From: Candidatus Iainarchaeum sp.
GTDB lineage: Archaea > Iainarchaeota > Iainarchaeia > Iainarchaeales > CSSED10-239
Assembly: GCA_028700115.1 (NCBI GenBank)
Contig: JAQVTI010000013.1
Coordinates: forward strand, 1 to 26,931
Direction of reading: 5' to 3'
DNA: 26,931 nucleotides
Shown here: positions 19,735-26,630 of the stretch, piece after piece
Position numbering within the stretch: position 1 is the first letter of the stretch
How the letters are laid out: every line of letters begins with the position of its first letter
The notes under the pieces: model-generated
The model's database searches: none
Seen by the model: only the letters and a program-made list of their open reading frames with translations
What the model was told of the DNA's origin: nothing
Position numbers and translations under genes: made by a program

Positions 19735-20967
19735 ATGAATTCTGAAAAAATTAAATATCTATTAAATCTAGTTTTAAAAAATATTAAAAAAAGAAAACTA
19801 AGATCAATTCTTACAATTTTATCTGTAACAATTGGAATTGCATCAATTATCGCACTTATTCTAATTAGTGAAGGTTTATTTAATTCTGTTAAAAAACAAT
19901 TTATGGATATGGGAATTAACAATATTTATATAACTCCAGTAAATTTTGGAGGAGGAGCAAATGGAGAATTTGGGGCTTCTTCAAGACTTAGTGATGATAT
20001 TAAACTTACAGAAAGAGATGTAAAAGATATTGAAAGGCTTGCAGAAGTCAATAAAGTCTTTGGAATAAGTTATAAGATTGGAAAAATAACAGTTTCAAAT
20101 CAAGATGAATATGCCTTTGTAATAATGGCAGATAGAAAAAAAGCAGATGGTATATTTGAAACAATGAACCTAGAAATTGAAAAAGGAACTTCTCTTCAAG
20201 GAAAAAGTGGGCATGTTGCTATAATAGGTTCTTATTTTGCAGATGGTTTATTTGAAAAAGAAGTAAAGATTGGAAGCAAGATTAAAATTAAAGAAGTTGA
20301 CTTTAAAATAATTGGAATACTAGAAACTATTGGAAATACACAAGATGATTCACAAATATATATACCTCAAGATGCAGGAAATGAAATTTTTGGAACTTCA
20401 GATGAACTTCAACAAATCATGGTGACTATTAAAGATGGTTATGATGTAGATGAAGTTAAGGAAAAAATTGAAAAAAAATTAGAAAAAACACATCAAGAAA
20501 ATACATTTACTGTAATAACTGCAAAACAAATATTAAGTCTTATTAGAAATATACTAAATAGTCTTCAAATTTTATTAATAACAATTGCAGCAATTTCTGT
20601 AATTGTTGGAAGTGTAGGTATAATGAATTCAATTTATACTTCAGTAATTGAAAGAACTAAAGAAGTTGGTATATTAAAATCAATTGGTGCTAAAATAAGT
20701 GACATATTATTTATATTTGTATCAGAATCTATAATACTATCAATAATTGGTGGAGTAATAGGGCTTGTTTTTGGAATTGGTCTTGCAAAAGCAGTAGAAT
20801 GGTATGCTTCATATAGAAATTTTGATATGCTTCAAATAATAATAAATCCAGAAATTATAATAATTACTTTAATTTTATCAATCATAATAGGTTTGATTGC
20901 TGGGGTTTTACCTGCAAGAAAAGCTGCCAAAATGAATGCAGTTGATGCTTTAAAAAATATTAATTAA
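19735..20967 (+). CDS. Second MacB/FtsX-type ABC permease (paralogue of 16868-18058)
   Basis: N-terminus LKNIKKRKLRSILTILSVTIGIASI. The FtsX region reads GSVGIMNSIYTSVIERTKEVGILKSIGAKISDI...GVLPARKAAK. Confidence 0.9.
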   Translation: MNSEKIKYLLNLVLKNIKKRKLRSILTILSVTIGIASIIALILISEGLFNSVKKQFMDMGINNIYITPVNFGGGANGEFGASSRLSDDIKLTERDVKDIERLAEVNKVFGISYKIGKITVSNQDEYAFVIMADRKKADGIFETMNLEIEKGTSLQGKSGHVAIIGSYFADGLFEKEVKIGSKIKIKEVDFKIIGILETIGNTQDDSQIYIPQDAGNEIFGTSDELQQIMVTIKDGYDVDEVKEKIEKKLEKTHQENTFTVITAKQILSLIRNILNSLQILLITIAAISVIVGSVGIMNSIYTSVIERTKEVGILKSIGAKISDILFIFVSESIILSIIGGVIGLVFGIGLAKAVEWYASYRNFDMLQIIINPEIIIITLILSIIIGLIAGVLPARKAAKMNAVDALKNIN

Positions 20968-21688
20968 TTCTTTTTATTCTCACATAGAATAAATTATCAA
21001 TATCTCTTATATCAAATTCAAATTTTAGATTTGTTTTTTTCTGTTTATTATAAATTTCTACAAACTTATGAAAATGTTTTTCAAGCTTATCTAGTTCTTT
21101 TGAATGAATTTTTGAATTTACTCTATTATATTTAATAATTCCGGCTTTTAAATGTATATAAGAAGAATTTATTGAAGAATATAATACACCTTCTTTTTTA
21201 AGTAATAAAGAACTTGCAAACAGATTATATGAAGGATGCTTTGTATGGTAACTTACACCAAATTGAGAAACTACTAAAGAATATTTATTATTTAAATGAT
21301 CAAATAATCTTTTATCTCTAGAATCTCTAGTAGGATCTATATGTTCAACAGGCCTTCCTATTGAAAAATCTCTATTAACTATATCTTTTTTAACACTTTC
21401 AGTAATTGTGTTTTCTAAACCTAAAACATCAAAACTTGTTTTATATTTATTATTTTTAAAAGTTTTTTTCCAATTATGTAAATCTTCTCCTTTTCCAGGA
21501 CCTAAAAACATTATATTATTTACTTTTTCTTTTGAAAAAAGATCTTTTTCTTTAAATATACTATTTACTAATTGTTTTGATTCATAAAATCTATTTATAT
21601 CTCCATTCATAGTCCATGAATCTTTTTTTTTATTTTTACAAACTGTTGCAACACCAGTTGTTATTTTTCTTTTTCTGAATATAGGCAT
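20960..21688 (-). CDS. Hypothetical protein, possibly a class I methyltransferase fold
   Basis: 242-aa ORF. IMFLGPGKGEDL (motif I-like), FDVLGLE, YSLVVSQFGVSY and LLLKKEGVLY loosely follow the Rossmann methyltransferase order. Weak. Confidence 0.5.
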   Translation of the reverse strand: MPIFRKRKITTGVATVCKNKKKDSWTMNGDINRFYESKQLVNSIFKEKDLFSKEKVNNIMFLGPGKGEDLHNWKKTFKNNKYKTSFDVLGLENTITESVKKDIVNRDFSIGRPVEHIDPTRDSRDKRLFDHLNNKYSLVVSQFGVSYHTKHPSYNLFASSLLLKKEGVLYSSINSSYIHLKAGIIKYNRVNSKIHSKELDKLEKHFHKFVEIYNKQKKTNLKFEFDIRDIDNLFYVRIKRIN

Positions 21689-21915
21689 ATTTAATCTTAT
21701 TTAATATTAGTTTGATTTTAATATAATTAAAGTAGAAGAAAACAAATATAAACTATTAAGTATTGGTATTTTTGAGAATTATATATAAGTTACAATAAAG
21801 ATTTATTTAAAAAGTTTTCTTTAGTAATATATATTATAAAGAAGCTAATTTTCTTTAAAACAATTAACCTTTTTTAAAAATAATTTATAAACACTTTTAA
21901 AAAAATAAGTTAATT

Positions 21916-21988
21916 GCCTCTATAGCTCAGTGGCTAGAGCAACAGTCTTGTAAACTGTAGGTCGAGGGTTCAAATCCCCCTAGAGGCT
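21916..21988 (+). tRNA. tRNA-Thr (anticodon UGU), no encoded CCA
   Basis: Cloverleaf folded by hand. The acceptor is GCCTCTA/TAGAGGC and the D arm is GCTC-AGTGGCTA-GAGC. The anticodon arm is ACAGT-CTTGTAA-ACTGT and the variable loop is AGGTC. The T arm is GAGGG-TTCAAAT-CCCCC (one A:C mismatch) and the discriminator is T. An oligo-T run follows immediately. Confidence 0.9.
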
Positions 21989-22059
21989 TTTATTTTTTGG
22001 GATATAGCTAACCCGCTTTTTTTGTACGGTTTTTAATTATTTCTATATAATTTATTTAT

Positions 22060-22542
22060 ATGGGTAGATTAGATTATTTAAATAAAATTAGATCTGATAT
22101 AAAACTATGTGATGAAAATTATATAAAATCAAATAATAGATTTAAAAAAATTAAATGTGAGCGATTATTACAAAACACAAATTATAAACAAAAATACCCT
22201 CTTTATTTAAATTTTGATTTAGAAAAAAGATTAATTGAATTAATAAATAATAAGAAATATAATTTTACTTTTTTTGATATTATTAAATTTTCGGAAAAAC
22301 ATAATGAATACACAAATTATTTTTTAGATGTTGCACATGATCTTATAAAAATTAAGGAATTATCGGAAAAAAAAGAAATAAATGATTTTACTTATAAATT
22401 TGTTTTATTGTCTTTATATTCTAATAATTTTGATTATATTATTAATTATTTAAAACCGACTGCAAAAGCAATACAATCAACTAATTCAAATAATTCTCAA
22501 TATAAAAAAGAAACTAGAAATGGATCAAAAAAATATATATGA
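22060..22542 (+). CDS. Hypothetical protein (possibly the N-terminal part of a frameshifted gene continuing in 22520-22885)
   Basis: 160-aa ORF that ends 9 nt after an A7 run (22527-22533). The next ORF starts inside it in the +1 frame. Confidence 0.5.
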   Translation: MGRLDYLNKIRSDIKLCDENYIKSNNRFKKIKCERLLQNTNYKQKYPLYLNFDLEKRLIELINNKKYNFTFFDIIKFSEKHNEYTNYFLDVAHDLIKIKELSEKKEINDFTYKFVLLSLYSNNFDYIINYLKPTAKAIQSTNSNNSQYKKETRNGSKKYI

Positions 22543-22885
22543 GAATGATGCTGATAGTACATTAAAAATAATACAAATCTGGGACCCGAAGTTCCATAAG
22601 TTCCTTTTAAAATTTTTAAACAAAGATTTAAGAAATTCTTTTGCTCATTCAAATTATTATATTAAAAATAATACAATTTATTACAATGTAGATAAGAAAA
22701 AGCAAAAAAAAATCAACATAGATACTATATTATCTTATTTTATAAATTGTGGATTATTTATTAATAAAATTCAGAATTTTGACTTTAAATATAGAAGTAT
22801 ATGTTATAGAAAACTGTTACAAAAAAAGATAATTAAGAAAAACATAGGCGAATATATTAAAAATATTTGTCTTTCCAATACTTAA
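22520..22885 (+). CDS. Hypothetical protein with a HEPN-type Rx4H motif (LRNSFAHSNY)
   Basis: 121-aa ORF. RNSFAH matches the R-N-x-x-A-H form of the HEPN RNase motif seen in Abi-type and DUF4145-type proteins. It is a single-motif call. Confidence 0.45.
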   Translation: MDQKNIYENDADSTLKIIQIWDPKFHKFLLKFLNKDLRNSFAHSNYYIKNNTIYYNVDKKKQKKINIDTILSYFINCGLFINKIQNFDFKYRSICYRKLLQKKIIKKNIGEYIKNICLSNT

Positions 22886-25418
22886 CATGGCTTCTTGTTT
22901 TGAAGCCATATTTTTCTTTCAATTCTTTATTACTTAATGTTTCTAAATCTCTTTTGAATTGATCATTATTTTTATATTCTATTGGCTTAAATGGATTTAG
23001 TGCTTCTTCATCAATATTATTTGCTTCTTTTCCTATATATTGAATGTCATTTGAAATAATTGATTTTCTTTCAAGATAACCAATATCTCCATTAAATTTC
23101 TTTTCAAGATGATCATAAAAATCTAAAATGGTATTTCCTAAGGCTTTCCAATATTCTATACCATTCTTGATTTCTCCAGTTTTATAATCAATAAAATCAC
23201 TATAAACTGCTTCTTGTGGATCTTTCCCAAAAGGTATTAATGGTTTAACATTATCTTTAGTAGTAAATCCAACATAAACAAAATTAAAGGGTTTTATATG
23301 GTTTAAATATTCTTTATCTTTATTCATTAGATTAAATCTTCTCATAACATTTGGAGTGGAAATTGTTAATTTTGCTATTCCATATAACCCAGAATATTTT
23401 TCAAATGTAATACCTTCTGTAATACTTCCATAATATATTTGTATTACAATCTGCCAAATTTCTTTGTGCCAATCAGCTATTTTACTATTATAAGGGTTAA
23501 TTAGATGCCCTAATCCATGTAATTTATAGTCAATAATGTCTATTGTATTACATTTTAATTGATATAAACAATATCTCTTACTACAAATCCCATAAAATAA
23601 TAGATTTTCTTTATCTTTCTTAAGTATTGGAATGTTTAACTCATAAGGATTTAAGTAATTAAAGTAATTAATTATCTTATTAGATATGTCTGGAGAAACA
23701 AAAATACTATCTGTATCCATATAATAGTGTTTCTGCCCTTCTTTTTCTGCTATTGTTTGAGCAATTGTTAAGAATAACCTAGCCCCTGAAGTTATTATAG
23801 TTGCTAAAACAGGATTAAAATATCTCCCTTCTGCTTCTACATGGTTAGTTTTAGATTTAAATTCATTTAAACCATATATTTTTTGTTCTTGATTAATTAC
23901 TTTTGTATTTAATTCAATAAAAATACCATAACTAAGAGCATTTACTAAAATTTTTAGTGATTTTTGCTTACTATTATTTAAATTGTAATCTTTATGGTCT
24001 TTAGGGGTATTCTTTAGCATTTGTCTTTCTTCTACAAGTATCTTAATTAGATTATCTTTCTTTGGATCTATATCAATTCCAACAACATTTGAAGATTTGA
24101 GAGTGTCTTGAATACCTTTTGGAATAAATCTAATTGCTTTAATTATCTCAGGAACTTTATTTATATAAATTTTAGAAGCAATAACATCAGGGAGAGAATA
24201 CCAAACTTCTTGATTACTGGTTAAATAGTTTAAACCAACATTATTTGTTTTATTATCTCCTTTGTAATCCATCCTAATTGGTAAAAAATCATTATTTGGT
24301 TTAATTTTTACTAACACATTAAACATTTTATATATTTTTTTATCTTTTAATTGTTCTAAATCAATATTTTTTAATAAACCTTTAATTTCTAGAGTAACAT
24401 CTTCAGTTATTATTTCTTTAGCAATAATAAAATCCCAAATATCATATAGAATAGTAATTGTTGGATACATAGAAGTAAAGTCAAGAACATCTGTAAGAAT
24501 TGGTTTTTTTCTATAATTGCATTCACATCTTCCCCCATAATAAGAAGTCATTATGTTTCCTAATATAGATTTATCAAAATCAGGATTATTTTCTCTAAAT
24601 GGATTAATACCTAATTGATTTAAAGCATATTTTCCTAAAGAAGCTGAACTATATACTTTTGTTATTGGAATATCAATATTATATCTTTCAAATTCAGAAA
24701 CTAATTTTGTATATACATTATAAGTTGTTAAAACATCATAAATGTTATAATCAATATATTCTTTAGTTATTTTGCCATGTTCATTAGTTTTTTGTTTTTT
24801 TGTAGTTGTGTTTAATATTTCTCCTACTTTTGATAAACTAATATGTTTTTGTTCTAATAATATTTCTGCTAATTTTTGAACATCTAAAAAATTTCCAGAA
24901 AAATAATCTTCTTTTCTATTCTTAAAGGTTCTTTGAAAACTAAAAGAATAGGCATCTCCTAGTTTTTTAATTACTATTGGAGGATTATTTTTATTTTCAG
25001 ATAACTTAAATGTAAAGCCACCTTTATTATTATTTCTTGAATTTGTAAAATTAAATGCAATTCTGGACAAATCAAAAGCTAAATTAAAACCAATACATAA
25101 TGCTTTAGAATGAAACACTTGATAATAAAAGACTTTATCTATAAATTCTTGTAATGTATATACAGGAATGCCTTTTTGTTTTGAATAGCGATTTAATATT
25201 TCTAATTCTATAGAACTTAAATTATCATAAAATAAACCTTGTTTTATTACTACATTATTTAGATATACTTGAAAAAAGCCAAATTTTAAATTTTGATATT
25301 CATCAGTTGTAGTTTCTGTATCAAATACTAAAACCCTATTGTGTTTTGTTTTAGTTTCAAGTAAATTATTCTGTCTTTTCTTTGTCGGAGCATAAGCCCT
25401 CAATTGTATGCTTTTCAT
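22857..25418 (-). CDS. polB: Family B DNA polymerase of the protein-primed (phi29-like) architectural type, with a ~235-aa C-terminal extension
   Basis: ExoI is VFDTETT (D33/E35), ExoII is FNLAFD and ExoIII is YNIYD. YxGG is SYYGGR, motif A is DFTSMYP and motif B is KILVNALSYG. Tx2(A/G)R is TSGAR, motif C is YYMDTDS and KxY is KRY. There is no N-terminal domain before ExoI, unlike cellular replicative archaeal PolBs. A GGAGA box lies ~10 nt upstream of the ATG. Confidence 0.9.
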   Translation of the reverse strand: MKSIQLRAYAPTKKRQNNLLETKTKHNRVLVFDTETTTDEYQNLKFGFFQVYLNNVVIKQGLFYDNLSSIELEILNRYSKQKGIPVYTLQEFIDKVFYYQVFHSKALCIGFNLAFDLSRIAFNFTNSRNNNKGGFTFKLSENKNNPPIVIKKLGDAYSFSFQRTFKNRKEDYFSGNFLDVQKLAEILLEQKHISLSKVGEILNTTTKKQKTNEHGKITKEYIDYNIYDVLTTYNVYTKLVSEFERYNIDIPITKVYSSASLGKYALNQLGINPFRENNPDFDKSILGNIMTSYYGGRCECNYRKKPILTDVLDFTSMYPTITILYDIWDFIIAKEIITEDVTLEIKGLLKNIDLEQLKDKKIYKMFNVLVKIKPNNDFLPIRMDYKGDNKTNNVGLNYLTSNQEVWYSLPDVIASKIYINKVPEIIKAIRFIPKGIQDTLKSSNVVGIDIDPKKDNLIKILVEERQMLKNTPKDHKDYNLNNSKQKSLKILVNALSYGIFIELNTKVINQEQKIYGLNEFKSKTNHVEAEGRYFNPVLATIITSGARLFLTIAQTIAEKEGQKHYYMDTDSIFVSPDISNKIINYFNYLNPYELNIPILKKDKENLLFYGICSKRYCLYQLKCNTIDIIDYKLHGLGHLINPYNSKIADWHKEIWQIVIQIYYGSITEGITFEKYSGLYGIAKLTISTPNVMRRFNLMNKDKEYLNHIKPFNFVYVGFTTKDNVKPLIPFGKDPQEAVYSDFIDYKTGEIKNGIEYWKALGNTILDFYDHLEKKFNGDIGYLERKSIISNDIQYIGKEANNIDEEALNPFKPIEYKNNDQFKRDLETLSNKELKEKYGFKTRSHVKYWKDKYF

Positions 25419-25695
25419 TTAGTAATCTCTCCAGTTTCAATAATTCATCTCCTATTGTTTTCAATAAACTACCTATTGAAATTAATAGAAACTTTAGTTT
25501 TTTAGTGTCATTAAAATTAGATCTCTCTTTTGGCGATAATTTGTTTTGGTCATAAGTAGTTTTATTATGGCAATTATTACAAAGTGCTATTGTATAATTA
25601 GAATTAACTTTTCCAAAAACATGATGTTTTTCTATTTTTCTAATAACTGCTGGATGATCTTCTCCACAGATAGCACATTGTAATTTATCTTCCAT
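25366..25695 (-). CDS. HNH-type zinc-finger endonuclease
   Basis: CAICGEDH...EKHHVFGK...NYTIALCNNCHNK has CxxC ... HH ... N ... CxxCH spacing. The start is 2 nt after the upstream stop, and the 3' end overlaps the polB start by 53 nt. Confidence 0.75.
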   Translation of the reverse strand: MEDKLQCAICGEDHPAVIRKIEKHHVFGKVNSNYTIALCNNCHNKTTYDQNKLSPKERSNFNDTKKLKFLLISIGSLLKTIGDELLKLERLLNEKHTIEGLCSDKEKTE

Positions 25696-25697
25696 AT

Positions 25698-26333
25698 TTA
25701 TCTATCCCTATATATTTCTAAAAATTCTGGTTCTTCAATAGAGTTTTCATAATCTTTAACTTTATTAAGATCAGTTTCAAGTTTATGATATTTTCCACTA
25801 GCATCTTTTAATCTAATTTTTTTATATTTTTCAAGATAACTTGCATCTCCTGATCTTAGTGCTTTTTTAATATTTGAAAAATATTCCCCGATTATTGATC
25901 TATCTTTAGAACTTGTAACAATTATATGATTTATCCCTAAATCTTTTTCATAAATCATCATAGAAGTTTGTAAATAATCTTTAGAAAGAACTGCCCACCT
26001 ATTGTTTTTCTTAAATAGATATTTTCCAAGATGTTTTTGTATTAATTCTTTTGTTATGCCTAAATTATTGATTACAGAATTAAGTGTTTCTTTATTTCTT
26101 ATTCTTCTTATTGCTGAAATAACTAGATTTCTTTCTCTTTTTTCTTTTTTTGTTAGATCTATCCATTTCTTATTACTAATTAGAAAATCACTAAAGTTTA
26201 ATTTAGATAATTCAGATAATGTTTTATTAGGTAATATGTAATGTTTTGCGATTATAGATCTTCCATATCTTGTTTTTCTATTCCCTGCTTTTAGCCAAGA
26301 AGTAAAACTTCTATATTTTCTAGAAAACATCAT
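25698..26333 (-). CDS. Hypothetical basic protein of the polymerase operon (HTH-like segment; function unknown)
   Basis: 211-aa ORF whose ATG overlaps the stop of the RHH ORF (ATGATG). The segment ETLNSVINNLGITKELIQKHLG is HTH-like. I recognise no family. Confidence 0.6.
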   Translation of the reverse strand: MMFSRKYRSFTSWLKAGNRKTRYGRSIIAKHYILPNKTLSELSKLNFSDFLISNKKWIDLTKKEKRERNLVISAIRRIRNKETLNSVINNLGITKELIQKHLGKYLFKKNNRWAVLSKDYLQTSMMIYEKDLGINHIIVTSSKDRSIIGEYFSNIKKALRSGDASYLEKYKKIRLKDASGKYHKLETDLNKVKDYENSIEEPEFLEIYRDR

Positions 26334-26479
26334 TTCCCCTCTTCTTGTTCTATATATTCTTTCAAATGGTAATAAAGTGCAATTCTTACAACTTCTGATT
26401 CAGAACATTCTCTTATTACTGAAGCTGTTTCAATTGCTCTCTTTACATTCTTTGGAATTGTTATTATCATTCTGGTCAT
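26330..26479 (-). CDS. Ribbon-helix-helix (CopG/Arc/MetJ-like) DNA-binding protein, 49 aa; not in the supplied ORF track
   Basis: Hand translation gives MTRMIITIPKNVKRAIETASVIRECSESEVVRIALYYHLKEYIEQEEGK, which has a beta-strand/helix/helix pattern. A GGTGA Shine-Dalgarno box lies 5 nt before the ATG. The TGA stop overlaps the ATG of the next gene. Confidence 0.7.
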   Translation of the reverse strand: MTRMIITIPKNVKRAIETASVIRECSESEVVRIALYYHLKEYIEQEEGK

Positions 26480-26520
26480 ATCAATCACCGTTTAATTATT
26501 AAATAACTTATGAGACAACC

Positions 26521-26590
26521 GTATGATATATATATTTGATATAGATTTTGATATAGAAATAGATATATATTTAAATATATCGTGATATAT
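26521..26590. promoter_or_regulatory. Iteron-like array of five GATATA(G/T)A motifs in the divergent control region between the RHH operon and the wHTH gene
   Basis: GATATA occurs at 26525, 26538, 26550, 26562 and 26584, with spacings of 13, 12, 12 and 22 bp. Two copies share the longer form TTGATATAGA. Confidence 0.55.
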
Positions 26591-26630
26591 ATTATATTAT
26601 AACTGATAACTAATTTGAAAGGTAAATTAT

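Noticed and set aside
3216-19922. Antisense or shadow ORFs: 3216-3839(-), 4119-4376(-), 5834-6034(+), 11860-12096(+), 15680-15964(+), 16864-17220(-), 17326-17658(-), 17604-17855(-), 18775-19002(-) and 19719-19922(-)
   Set aside because: Each is nested opposite a well-supported gene (GTPase, RSH, surface protein, MscS, ABC permease, CARDB-like protein). They translate to low-complexity Phe/Ile/Leu/Ser-rich strings, which is typical of the reverse strand of AT-rich coding DNA.
22000-22018. GGGATATAGCTAACCCGC resembling the 5' acceptor/D-arm start of a tRNA (shares TATAGCT with the tRNA-Thr 5' part)
   Set aside because: It is too short and cannot be folded into a cloverleaf. The 7-nt match is within chance for this composition. 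It is kept only as context for the junction and iteron observation.
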